Source of the DNA: Octopus sinensis
Lineage: Eukaryota
Assembly: GCF_006345805.1 (NCBI RefSeq)
Contig: NC_043007.1
Coordinates: 2,356,001 to 2,420,000 of the forward strand
DNA: 64,000 bases
Reading direction: 5' to 3'
Below, piece by piece: positions 23,860-35,930 of this stretch. The notes under the pieces are model-generated. The model was given only the letters and a program-made list of their open reading frames with translations, ran no database searches and was not told the origin of the DNA. Position numbers and translations under genes: made by a program. Positions within the stretch are counted from its first letter, which is position 1, and the number at the start of each line of letters is the position of its first letter.

Positions 23860-24110
23860 TCATAAAACGGACAGAGAAAAAATTAAAAGAAAAACTGAAT
23901 GTGAGGACGTGAGGACGTGTCCAACAGTTGTGTTAGTTTGACGCTCGGTGAAAAAAGGAGAGATTTTTAACGTTTCGAGCATAGCTCTTTGACGGAGAGT
24001 AGCAAGAGAAAACTGCGGAGAAAGGAAAAAAGGAAAACCCACGTGCGGTTACATTTCTAAAGTGACCGGAAGTGGAAGGAGATAGAATAAGTTGATATTT
24101 GGGACAGGAG
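23860..24110 (-). mobile_element. Family P1-related repeat, more diverged
   Basis: Minus strand reads CCGUCAA-A-GAG(CUAUG)CUC-GAAA-CGUU at 23964-23998. Confidence 0.5.
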
Positions 24111-24126
24111 AGTGTGAAGACAGTCA

Positions 24127-24413
24127 GATTTGTGTGTGTGTGTGTGTGTGTGCGTGTTTATGTGTAGCGTTTGTATATGCATTGGTAGTCGTAACTGTGT
24201 GTGTGTGGTAAGATCTGTGTGCGTGTGTGTTAGTGTTTGTGTTTATGTGGCTATGAGAATTCAGTAGAAAACTCAGCAGCAGTCGATAAATGTGTGGTTG
24301 TGTGTATGTGTGTGTATTTGAATGTGCGTGTAGACGGAGTGGGAAAGTGTGTACGTGCGTATGCGTGCCTCTGTGTATCTCTGTGTATCTCTGTGTATCT
24401 CTCCCTTTCTCTC

Positions 24414-24450
<37 letters not shown>

Positions 24451-24664
24451 GACATACATACATATATACATACGTATATACATACATACATGCACACGTA
24501 TACACATACATACATGCATACATATATACATACATACATACATACATGCATACATATATACATACACACTTACATATATACATACACACATACACACTCA
24601 CATACATAGATACATACATACACATACATACACACATACATACATACATACATACATACATACA

Positions 24665-24696
<32 letters not shown>

Positions 24697-24725
24697 CATA
24701 CATACATATATATGCATATATACAT
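24127..24725. repeat. TG / CT / TACA compound microsatellite field
   Basis: Direct inspection. Confidence 0.9.
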
Positions 24726-25149
24726 TTCTAAAACTGTGCGTATATGAAATTTAAAATTTTGATAATGTATCTTTACATACGTAGATCGCATCAGAATGTA
24801 AAATAAGATAAATTTTGCTTTTTGTTCACATTCTAATGTGCTTCTTGCTCACCCGTAGCCGAGAAATGTTATATCTTGTTGTACAACTTGGTGAATAGCA
24901 AGCTTAGATTCATTGTCTTTTTCTTTCTTTTTTGTGCGTGTTGATGTGAAAGGACATCGTCGTATAGAAACCATTGTCTAGAGCAAAATGCAATAGCTCT
25001 GAGGCGTATCTGTAATGAAATGCATTCACACAGGGATCGAGGCTGTGTAACGTTTTCTACTAATTCTAAACAGCTCAATCATTTCAATGCGCAGACTATC
25101 GGATATGGTAACAAATCAATATACAATTTCCGCTGTTCTCCAGGATATG

Positions 25150-25330
25150 TGGAGGCGCGTAGCTGAGTAGTTAGCGTATTGGAATCATGATCGTAAGAGC
25201 GTTGTTTCGATTCCTGGATCAGGCGATGCGTTGTGTTCTTGAACAAAACACTTCGTTTCACGTTGCTTCAGTTCACTCAGCTGATAGAAATGAGCAATCC
25301 TGTAACGGATCGGCGTCTCGTTCAGCTGGG
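25150..25330 (+). mobile_element. SINE family D, 5' part, ending in (TA)n
   Basis: GGAGGCGCGTAGCTGAGTAGTTAG..GTTTCGATTCCTGGA..GTTGTGTTCTTGAACAAAACACTT..CACTCAGCTG. Confidence 0.75.
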
Positions 25331-25543
<213 letters not shown>

Positions 25544-25954
25544 CATGGAAAGCGGGGAACAGGCCCGATGACTCTACATGACTCGCGAAGGAACTTGACT
25601 TTTTGTTTTTACTATTCCAGGATATTCATAAACGAAGGCGAACTACAAATAGCAGCCAACGTTCTCTCAAATTATGTCTTAACTCCTGAAAAAAGGAAAG
25701 GACACATTACACAAGACGGTAGGAAGTCTGGGCGGTGATGTCTGTAAAGTCTTTTACCATGGCCCTTTAAATTGGGAATGGTTTAAGGCTAAGGAATATG
25801 ATGGTGCTAGCTTGAACAGATGGAACTTTCGGTTTCAGCATTTACTTAATGCTAAGCAGCGGCAAGAAGAATTTATAATGGTTAGGACATGAATGACTTC
25901 GAGCCGGAACATTCAAGTCAAAACAGCTATCCAGAATATTGATACTACCTTCTA

Positions 25955-26519
25955 TTGGGTTGTCCGGAAAGTTCGTGCCGATTTTTAAAGGAAAGAAAAA
26001 GGTCAATAAATACTTGCCATTACATTTTTAATCAGCCAAATATGAACCATTTTGTTGCACAATGCGTCTCCATCTTTCCTTTAACTTGAAAATACCCTCT
26101 TCCCAGAATTGAGGTGGGTTTATGGCAAATAATTCATCAAGGTATCTTTTTACGTCATCCAAGGATTTAAATTTTTACCATAAAGACTATTCTGCAGAGA
26201 CCTGAATAAGTGGAAATCCGAAGGAGCAAAATCTGGTGAATATGGAGGATGGGGTAACACATCCAAGCCGAGCTGCAGCAATTTTTGTCCGGTTCCCAAA
26301 GCATCAAGTGCCGAAAAGGAACTTTCTTATCTCCCATTTTAAAAGGTTACAGAATTAACACAGGTTATAGGAACATAAACCTTCTTTCACAAAAAGATAG
26401 CTTAAACTGTGCTCTAAATGGAGGTGTAGTCAAATCCTATCTTATGGACTCAACCATGTTCTAAAATAAGTCGAAAGGTAAGCTACCATAAATCGGCACG
26501 AACTTTCTGGACAACCCAA
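25955..26519 (-). mobile_element. Internally deleted mariner (DD34D) with both TIRs and TA TSD
   Basis: TIRs TTGGGTTGTCCGGAAAGTTCGTGCCGATTT / AAATCGGCACGAACTTTCTGGACAACCCAA, with TA on both sides. Minus strand gives LGLDVLPHPPYSPDFAPSDFHLFRSLQNSL...WRRIVQQNGSYLAD*. Confidence 0.95.
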
Positions 26520-26827
26520 TAGATTCCTTTTCAGCCACTTCCGGCAGGTATTACCGTGAATGTGCTAATTGCTTTTATATTTCATCTTCGGATAAGAACA
26601 CCTCTCTTTCAGGTGATGTGTGGTAATAATCAAAACGCGATTCAGTAACGCAGAAAGACATTGAGATGCTGGTGTTTTCAACTCGTTCTGTCTCTGCAGT
26701 CAAAACTACCTCTGGATCTATGAAACTAAGCAAAATTGGCGCTTCTTGCTTATAGAATTCAGCAATCATTACTTGCGGATGCGTGCTGATGTCTGTCACG
26801 TCGTGAATAAATTATCATGAACGTATA

Positions 26828-26998
26828 GGCGCAAGAGTGGCTGTGTGGTAAGTAGCTTGCTAACCAACCACATGGTTCCGGGTTCAGTCCCACTGCGTGG
26901 TATCTTGGGCAAGTGTCTTCTGCTATAGCCTCGGGCCGACCAATGCCTTGTGAGTGGATTTGGTAGACGGAAACTGAAAGAAGCCTGTCGTATATATG

Positions 26999-27093
<95 letters not shown>

Positions 27094-27315
27094 GTGTTTG
27101 TGTGTCTGTGTTTGTTCCTCTAGCATTGCTTGACAGCCGATGCTGGTGTGTAACGTCCCCGTCACTTAGCGGTTCGGCAAAAGAGACCGATAGAATAAGT
27201 ACTGGGCTTACAAAGAATAAGTCCCGGGGTCGATTTGCTCGACTAAAGGCGGTGCTCCAGCATGGCCGCAGGCAAATGACTGAAACAAGTAAAAGAGTAA
27301 AAGAGTAAAAGAGTA
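26828..27315 (+). mobile_element. SINE family B, full length, with expanded internal (TA)n
   Basis: Same architecture as 13216-13646, with a GTAAAAGA-repeated tail. Confidence 0.92.
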
Positions 27316-27914
27316 TAAATCAACGAGAAACAACGTGTTACCTTGTTAAAAACGAGAATCACGAAGGACCGATTGCCTTGATTCTCGCTGATTGAAGTGG
27401 TCGTAATAATTATTTCTAAATTCGTTTAGTACGTCTAATATTATTAGATGAGTCACCATATACATTTGTATTAACTACGTATATTTCAGTCTGTATCTAG
27501 TATTATTTGGGAACTTAATTTCTACGTAAAATTTTTACCTTTTGAACTACAATCCGGAATGTTTATACTGACTAATTTATAATTATCCTAGCACTTTAGG
27601 CGTCGAAGATTCTTAGAAACGATATCAAAGAGGATTCTAAGGCACGTAGTTATCTTATTAAATTTCGGTTAGTGACCGGCGTTATCTGCGAATCTGTTAT
27701 ATTAAATTTTAACTATTTAAAACATACATATACATTTAATTTAATGACGTATTTTGTAGAGTTCTGAAGCGACAAAAGGAAACGTTTCTTCACAGTAATA
27801 AAATTATAAAGCCAGACATTCTTTAGATCAAAAATTATCACTTTCATTGCACGTCAATGCTAGAATGAATTCGTTAAAGTAAATGGCTTTCATCAGTTTA
27901 TCGCATATATATAT

Positions 27915-27950
<36 letters not shown>

Positions 27951-28744
27951 ACTACATCAAGAATGAAAGGGGACCTTTTTGAAAAGCTAACCGTAAAATT
28001 AATTGGATATTAAAATGAATTAATGAATAAAGTTATCTTATGAAGCCGGATGCTGCAGCTCAGTTTCGTTTGAGAAATATTAACTTAAGTTCAACGGCTC
28101 AATCAAGACTTTAAACTAAATTTCAGACATGACATCTGGGATGTTTAACATCATTCAACTACGCAGGTACAATAGATAAAAAAATATTATTCACTTTTTA
28201 AAATAATTTCTGCTCGCTTAGATATGTCAGGTAGTCAGTCATTATGATTTCTGATTTGCATATTTAATGTACTGTTTGCTATCAAATCGAGTAATAAAGA
28301 GTAAATGGCCACAGGAGGATTGAAATAAAATTTACCATTCTGAAATATATTCTGGATTGCATACATTGCTTATAAAGCATTCTCTATGTCACTCTCTCTC
28401 TCTCTCTATTTATCTATCTATCTCTTTATGTCTTTTCTTCAATCATACGTGCACGACATGCGCACACATGTATTCACATATGTATAATTGTGTATATACA
28501 CGATCTATGATATACAAATATAATATACAATATAATTTACATATATAATATAATATATAATATATGTATAATATACATATATAATATACAAATTGAACAA
28601 TTGATGAAGCCTATAAACTCTTCGGCATTAATGTATTTCTTTGAACAATGAATTCATTTCATTTTGTTGAAATCTAACCTTAAATTGACGTGAAGTTGGA
28701 GTAGAAAAAAAATTTACGTGACCCGGGTTGAAGTAAAAATAATT

Positions 28745-28896
28745 ATATTTTGTTGTGTCTGGGGAGAGTCATTTTCTTTTTGTGCTTTATAATATAACAC
28801 ACTCACCGGTAAAATTTCCACTTTTTCTTATTTTTATTTATTTTTATATTATAAGGCACAAAAAGAAAATGACTCTCCCCAGACACAACAGAATAT
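28745..28896. repeat. Hairpin element, 53-bp inverted arms
   Basis: Arms 28745-28797 and 28844-28896 are near-perfect reverse complements. Confidence 0.9.
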
Positions 28897-29649
28897 GCTT
28901 CAACACACGAACTCATATAAAGAATCTTGCAAACCAAATCCAAAAACGAAATAATTATATTTTGTTTGCCTATTAATGTTATTATATCGTGCGTGTCATC
29001 TGAAAATGTTGTTTTAATGTTTTTACGTATAAACACATTTGACCAAGTGAATAGAAAACTATAGGAAAAAATATTGGCTTGCGTTTCTACATCTAATTCA
29101 CCTAATAATGCATCTGCTCTTGAGATGAAAAGAAGTTTAGTAAGAAAACAAATAAGAAATCATAGATCAGACTGTTCTGAAGATTAAGTGGGAAAAAGAA
29201 AAGAAATAGACAAATATATTTCAGTGCCTCACAAGATAACGGATATAATAAGAGGGTAATCAACAATGGAAAGAGCTCAGGGGTAGCAAATTGAAATTGC
29301 TGAAGGAGCAAATTTAAGGAGGACGGACATGCAAAGAATTACATCGCGAAGAACTCAATAAGAAGGACAATGGAATACAAGATCTCTTCAGGCAAAAATC
29401 TATGAGAAATCTATGAGAAACAACGTCGTAATGTAAGAGTATAGAATGAATTATTGAGTGGAATGAAATTGGTATTGAAACATGTTTCTGAGGCTGAGTA
29501 TATTCGATGTTCTTGATTTGTTATACAAAATATTTGGTCGTTATAAAAGCCTAAATAATGAAGTTTTCAGCAACTGTTATTTCACAGGTAAAATGTAATA
29601 ACACCTCATTTAGCAAAGGAACATATTCTTTGAAAATATCTCTCATCCA

Positions 29650-30090
29650 GGATCCTCGAAAGCCTTAGATTCGCTGACTGACAGGTGACGGCCGTTTAGA
29701 GAATGCGCGGGCTAAAACTACGCGCCTTCACTAGTCAGTTAGGGTGAGACAGTGTCACGTGACAACTTGCTGGTGCTGCCATTCAGTCAGTCACTGGCTG
29801 ACACTCGCTGACGATACATCGAAGAGGCCAGGGAACAAAAGAAAGAAGTAGAACGAAGACATGCGCCCAACACCAGAGCTGAAGACACCTCCGAAAGGAT
29901 GGGGGCCCCGCCACGTCAAAACGGTAGAAGAGTAGGGGCCGAAACCGGACGTGGTTCCTCCTGATGATGTCTTTAGCTAACTTGATCCTATAAAGGAGCT
30001 GTTGTGGAAGCAGACCACGAAACACGGTTGTAATTCCTCAGTGTAATATAAAACAGAGGTCTCCACAGTTACTACCAAGAGACATCAATA
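29650..30090. other. GC-rich structured island, possibly an LTR-like or Penelope-like terminal repeat remnant
   Basis: Sharp rise in GC, palindrome TGTCACGTGACA, several hairpins and CTGAAGA/CTGATGA/GAAAC words. No coding homology recognised. Confidence 0.3.
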
Positions 30091-31284
30091 TAGGCAATTG
30101 TTATTTCTTATGTGGTTTCTTCTTCGACGGCTGCTGAAGTTAAAATTGGTAAATGTCGATGTAATTATCCGAGTGTATTATGTATTTGCTGAAGCTTTTA
30201 GAACGGAATTGAAAGAAGACTAAATACCTAATGAATGATGTCATCTGATTACTGTAAATATAACATTAATCAGAGACCGTAATTCTGACAGGAGATATTC
30301 CAAAAGTGAATTAAAATGCTATTAGCTTTTGAAATTCTGAAAGCGATCTTACTTTTATAGCTACCTCACCTTTTATTTGTAAGTAGAGAATTCATTGGTA
30401 ATAAATTTGGAACTGAAGAGCAACCTTGAATCCAATAACCGACGCCAGTCTCAAAAGACAATAAATAGCAGGGAAAAAAAGATGCCAACCAGGTGTTGTT
30501 ATAATTTCTCACTAACAGTGGTCCAAGAAGAAAATGTTCAATTTAATTCTGTGCAGCAGAATAATCTTTTAAAATGGACTGTCGATTCAAATTACAGGTG
30601 AAAACTAATAGGAATAATACGAACATTTTAAGAATTCTGTAGCATGTGATGAAAGTTAAGAGCGATATCAATATATGATGGGTCACTTAAATGTTATTGC
30701 TAATAGCAATGTCAGGAAAATTATTCTACCATTAATTATACAGCTGCTTTCCAACTCTCGTCAAGAAATATGTTGTTATGAGAATTACAAGAAAATGCGG
30801 CTGTCCTCGTCTCTGTATTAATACGACCAGCAAGGCTAACTTGCCTGAAATATGAGAGAATGCTTCTCATAAACTACATCACACTGACCAGTTTTAATTG
30901 TGAGGGTTTCTGAACTGAAACCGCTCATTGTGCCACATGATATTACAGCGAGGCTAAGTTTTGTAAATCCCTTAATTTCGAAAAAGAGAAGCTTAACACA
31001 TTGATATAGTCTTGTGGAACCGCGTGCGTGTGGTACGAAACTGAACGCAAATGGTCATAAACAACAAATGAAGTTGTTTTTATTGAAATACTAAATTAAA
31101 CAACGTGGTCTATACTCTGCTATACAGTAGAAAACTACATCATATAAGGCCCTGCCAATGAGCAGAATCCAGCATCTTTATAACCAATTCACAAGAAATT
31201 CACAAGGACATTTCCAATGAACCTTGATGGTAGTCTTACGTAGTCTAAGAAGGAGAGTTCTGCAATTTCTGGCTGAACAACCTG

Positions 31285-31754
31285 TGCAAATGATTTCTTT
31301 ATAGTGATCAAATGTATTTGCTGTACATTAGCTCACGCCTTCCCATGAAATCGACTTTGGACAGGTGCACGTCTACCCCACGTGAGGAATCGAAGTGATC
31401 GCGGAGCAGCGTGAGACGAAGTGCTTTACTCATGAACACGACACACCTTTCGGTCGTGGTATTTAAGGCGGCGATTTGACAGAGTCGTTAGGATGCCGGG
31501 CGAAATGCTTAGTGGTATTTCGTCTGCCGCTACATTCTGAGTTCAAATTCCGCCGATGTCGACTTTGCTTTTCATCCTTTCAGGTTCGATTAATTAGTAC
31601 CAGTTACGCACTGGGGCCGATGTAATCGACTTAATTTGTTTGTCTGTCCTTGTTTGTCCCCTCTGTGTTTAGCTCCTTGTGGGTAATAAAGAAATAGGTA
31701 TTTAAACCACGACCTCGCGGTCGCGTGTGCAACTCCTAAACTTCTAGGCTATGC
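31285..31754 (-). mobile_element. SINE family D-related element split by a SINE A insertion
   Basis: Minus-strand head GCATAGCCTAG..GGTCGTGGTTT at 31706-31754; the body GTGTTCATGAGTAAAGCACTT.. continues below 31457. Confidence 0.7.
31467..31696 (+). mobile_element. SINE family A monomer, 9-bp flanking direct repeat
   Basis: GGTATTTAA at 31458-31466 and 31697-31705. Confidence 0.9.
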
Positions 31755-33055
31755 TCCCTCTCCAAAGGATACTACAATTACCCTTAATGGTAATTCTTTG
31801 TCCCGATACAAACCATGAACATCAGCCCAGGTAACAAATACTAGATAATTCATATGTAGTCTCATGCACTAAAATTTCCAGGTAGAAATCTGCTCGACGT
31901 CACATTTGTCGAGTGTACATGTGTACAAAGGTTATGGCTGTATGCAGCTTAACTTAGATAAATCAATTTGTGTATGATTTCACGAAGAAATTAATGCCAT
32001 GTTGTTATTTTATGTGGTAGCACTCTAGAAGTTATGTGTCACATATCGGAACGCATAATGCATGATAAATCACACATTCCAAAGATTTGCATTGGCCACA
32101 ATCGGCGTATTTCCATGAAAGAGATGCGATATAAAGCTAATCTCAAAAGGAAAAGGCACCACTTATAACATGTTTCACCCTCAACGAAAGTGATAAAAAA
32201 ATCTAGAGGGTTATAATATTTTTACATATCCTTCGCCAATTTTGTAATAAATGTAGAAAAAAATCACTTCAGACTGGCGCAGATAAGCGGGGTAAGCAAA
32301 TGAAGAACCTTCTGTGATTCGCTCTCGATTTCGATAAAGGTATTAAAACTGCGACCTTTGAACTTCATTTCCCTCTTGGGGAAGAGATGGAAATACGCAG
32401 AAAACTTTGCTGTCAGTCTGGTTGCTATGCGTTGTTCAAACTCAAGTTCCACCTTTTTTGTTACTTGCTTGAGATGGCTGGATGATCTATCGCATCTTCT
32501 ATTCTCATCTGTTCTGTGCTGTTTATATTTCTATTCTGCATCACAACGATCTTTCCTGGCACGACTTTTCCTTGCATTTTTTAAAAAACTTTTAGAGCGT
32601 TTGCATGGTACTTATGCTTCTATTGGTAAGTACAAGGATCAGAGGGCAAGAAGAATTTAATAGTCATCTACATAACTATGGACACAATAAACTGATAAAG
32701 GAATGACGATTGAAAGCCAATCTAATGAATATACCGTCTGAAATGATATTAGGTTAAGGGGCCATTATCGAACATATGACTGAAGATTTAGTAAATATCT
32801 CAAGTAAAGAATCAGCTGAAAGTATGTAATGAAAATGTTGATTTTTTAAAGCTTAACAATATTTTTTTCAATACTGTCTCGAAAGGCCATAAAGAAGTGG
32901 GAATAGCATTGACGTCACACGGGAAGACATAAAAAAGAAATTATCCACTTCAGTTGTTTATCAAATCGAAATCCGGCAGTATTCTCGTCTCTGGAGTTGG
33001 AACTACTTCAACACTAAAAACTACTTTGACAAACTCGTTTCGCGATCTCTACAAA

Positions 33056-33318
33056 TCTTTATATATAAAAGTAAGGTTGTGTGCTGTCTGTCTCCTACGA
33101 TTTAGATTCCTAACTACTCCCACATTTTGCGGTGCAGTTTAACCAAAAGCGGATATTTAACCAAAAGCGTGATTCATATCGAGCCCTTCTGGGTATTAGC
33201 GCGCGTCTACGATGAGTCTACGATTTAAAAAAAAAATTACCATCATTTTTTCCCATTTTTAATGCACCTTTTTGCTATTATATAAGGGAGGTAATTCTCT
33301 AAAAATGCTTATATAGTT
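33056..33318 (+). mobile_element. Helitron 5' fragment (same family as 15125-16139)
   Basis: A|TC start, shared GATTTAGATTCCTAACT..CATTTTGCGGTGCAGTTTAACC; no 3' hairpin. Confidence 0.85.
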
Positions 33319-33528
33319 AGGCTAACCAAAGTAAAATATTTAACTGAGTGTCTGAATACGTGAAGCAAACTCATGATAAGCAATACCTTGATGATAAGAA
33401 AAAGATGACAAGCATCTCATCCATTGAGCGAATTTGACTCTCACTCTTTGAGTCACTACGACGACCGTTTTGTCGTTTCAACTTCGGAGTCATTCATCTG
33501 CATTTCATCATTGATTATGCCATATCTG

Positions 33529-33917
33529 GAGGCGCAATGGCCCAGTGGTTAGGGCAGCGGACTCGCGGTCGTAGGATCGCGGTTTCGATTCCCAGACCGG
33601 GCGTTGTGAGTGTTTATTGAGCGAAAACACCTAAAGCTCCACGAGGCTCCGGCAGGGGATGGTGGTGATCCCTGCTGTACTCTTTCACCACAACTTTCTC
33701 TTACTCTTACTTCCTGTTTCTGTTGTACCTGTATTTCAAAGGGCCGGCCTTGTCACTCTCTGTGTCACGCTGAATATGCCCGAGAACTACGTTAAGGGTA
33801 CACGTGTCTGTGGAATGCTCAGCCACTTACACGTTAATTTCACGAGCAGGCTCTTCCGTTGATTCGGATCAACCGGAACCCTCGTCGTCGTAACCGACGG
33901 AGTGCTTCCATCCATCC
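33529..33917 (+). mobile_element. tRNA-derived SINE family C, full length, 12-bp TSD
   Basis: Head GGCGCAATGGCCCAGTGGTTAGGGC..GGTTTCGATTCCC, (CCAT)n tail, ATGCCATATCTG at 33517-33528 and 33918-33929. Confidence 0.92.
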
Positions 33918-34930
33918 ATGCCATATCTGAAAACGTTTTCCTTAGTATTCCATCGAACAGTTCCTAATTTATTGTGATGCGGTTCTTTTATTGCTTATGT
34001 CTTAGCAGATGCGGCAAGAAATTGGCAGCAACGCGTTTTACGTCTTCCTAAAAAAATCATGTGACACAAACACAAACCTTCGCGATTCGTTTATTTCTTT
34101 AGAAATTTTATAGAAAACCTGACGAGATTTTCACGCATCGCATCACGATTGCACATTCACTATGTAATCATTGCCCGGTGTTCTGGGTCGATCGTCAGGA
34201 TTTTGGATCGTCTTCGATGTTTCTTCCCAATTTGAAACGATGATATCATTCCTGACACAGCATCTTAATGTATGTCTACTGCAACAATGGAAAAGAAACT
34301 AAAATGTAAAGCAAAATTTCTTAATGTGAAACAGAATTTTCTACAAATTTCTCTTCCAAATTCTTCATTCAACTTATTATTAATCGTGAAGTGCACTGGA
34401 CATAGGATTTGTAAATCGATGGTTATTTTATTGGTTTCAATCACTGGACAGCGGTCATGCTGGAGCTCAGTCTACAGTTAAAGCTTGTAGTCGATCATTC
34501 CGACTCCATGGGTGACAACCATTTTAGTGTTCTATGTGTGTTAAATTAGTAAATTACGCGTTTTGACGAATACAGACACAAATGAATATACATATATCAA
34601 CGCATACAGATACATACACAGACTGACATATACACGAACGTGTGCGCACACATATATATGCACGCAGGACCTTAAATGAAGAGGCTTTATTAGGTAAATC
34701 TGTTCGATTTTTAAAATTTTACATAATCTGAGTTCAAACCGGTGAAAACCAGGTTGGTTTTTATCTTTTAAATTGTTTTTATTTGATTTAGTACGAAAAG
34801 ATTGATTATGATTAATTATTATTTAATTAATTTTATAAACGTAAGAATGCAGCACTCAAAGCAGTTGGTGGAAGCTATACATATTTAACATTTTGAGGCA
34901 CCTCCACATGAGTTGAAATTTTGGAGGCGC

Positions 34931-34963
<33 letters not shown>

Positions 34964-34977
34964 ATATATATATATGT

Positions 34978-35370
34978 TTTACTCTTTTACTTGTTTCAGT
35001 CATTTGACTGCGGCCATGCTGGAGCACCGCCTTTAATCGAGCAACTCGACCCCGGGACTTATTCTTTTATAAGCCCAGTACTTATTCTACCGGTCTCTTT
35101 TGCCGAACCGCTAAGTAACGGGGACATAAACACACCAGCATCGGTTGTCAAGCAATGCTAGGGGGACAAACACAGACACACAAACACACACACGCATATA
35201 TACATATATATATACATATATACGACGGGCTTCTTTCAGTTTCCGTCTACCAAATCCACTCACAAGGATTTGGTCGGCCCGGGACTATAGTAGAAGACAC
35301 TCGCCCAAGGTGCCACGCAGTGGGACTGAACCCGGAACCATGTGGTTGGTAAACAAACTACTTACTACAT
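34978..35370 (-). mobile_element. SINE family B
   Basis: Reverse complement of the family B architecture. Confidence 0.9.
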
Positions 35371-35433
35371 ATATAAATGGTAAAACAGCAAAAGAATGAA
35401 AGAGACCTCGATATTATGTAAATAGAGGAATTT

Positions 35434-35631
35434 ATCTGTAAATGTAATATGTGGCAATTATTCGGTAGCCACGATAAAACTCTGAGTTTTGGATGCCGAG
35501 GTGGAAAGAGATAGTATTTTTCCGATAGCCGGATAACTGAAGAGATGGCGGCGTGGATTTCCACCTCGGCATCCGAAACTCGGAGTTTTATCATGGCTAC
35601 CGAATAATTGTCACATATTACGTATACAGAT
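35434..35631. mobile_element. Palindromic element with a hammerhead-like motif in the right half
   Basis: Arms at about 35434-35507 and 35558-35631. Confidence 0.85.
35532..35592 (+). ncRNA. Type I hammerhead-like motif
   Basis: GAUAA-CUGAAGA-(decayed long stem II ending GGCAUCC)-GAAA-CU(CGG)AGU-U-UUAUC; 5-bp stem I. Confidence 0.6.
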
Positions 35632-35711
35632 ATATATATATATATATATCTATATCTTTATATATTTGAAAGAATTAGTAGAGATGGCTTTTTTGATTGG
35701 ATAATTTTAAC

Positions 35712-35841
35712 TTAATCTTACAAATAATGTTTATAGTGAGCTTCTCTGATAAGACTTTCGAGCTTCAAGAATCCGTTTGGCTACGTAAAGCTCGAAACGC
35801 ATATCAGAGTAACTCACTGTAAACATTATTTGTAAGATTAA
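35712..35841. repeat. Hairpin element, about 54-bp imperfect arms containing CTCGAAA(C)G
   Basis: Arms at 35712-35765 and 35788-35841. Confidence 0.85.
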
Positions 35842-35887
35842 AATAAAAACATCCCCCCAAAGAAGCCGTACTTTCTCTTTATTCTTC

Positions 35888-35930
<43 letters not shown>

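Noticed and set aside
26575-26799. 74-aa acidic, protein-like minus-strand ORF
   Set aside because: No recognisable domain, a weak splice context and no supporting exons.
31200-31290. Candidate 42-nt minus-strand exon (VVQPEIAELSFLDY)
   Set aside because: The apparent acceptor belongs to the tail of the adjacent SINE D-related element.
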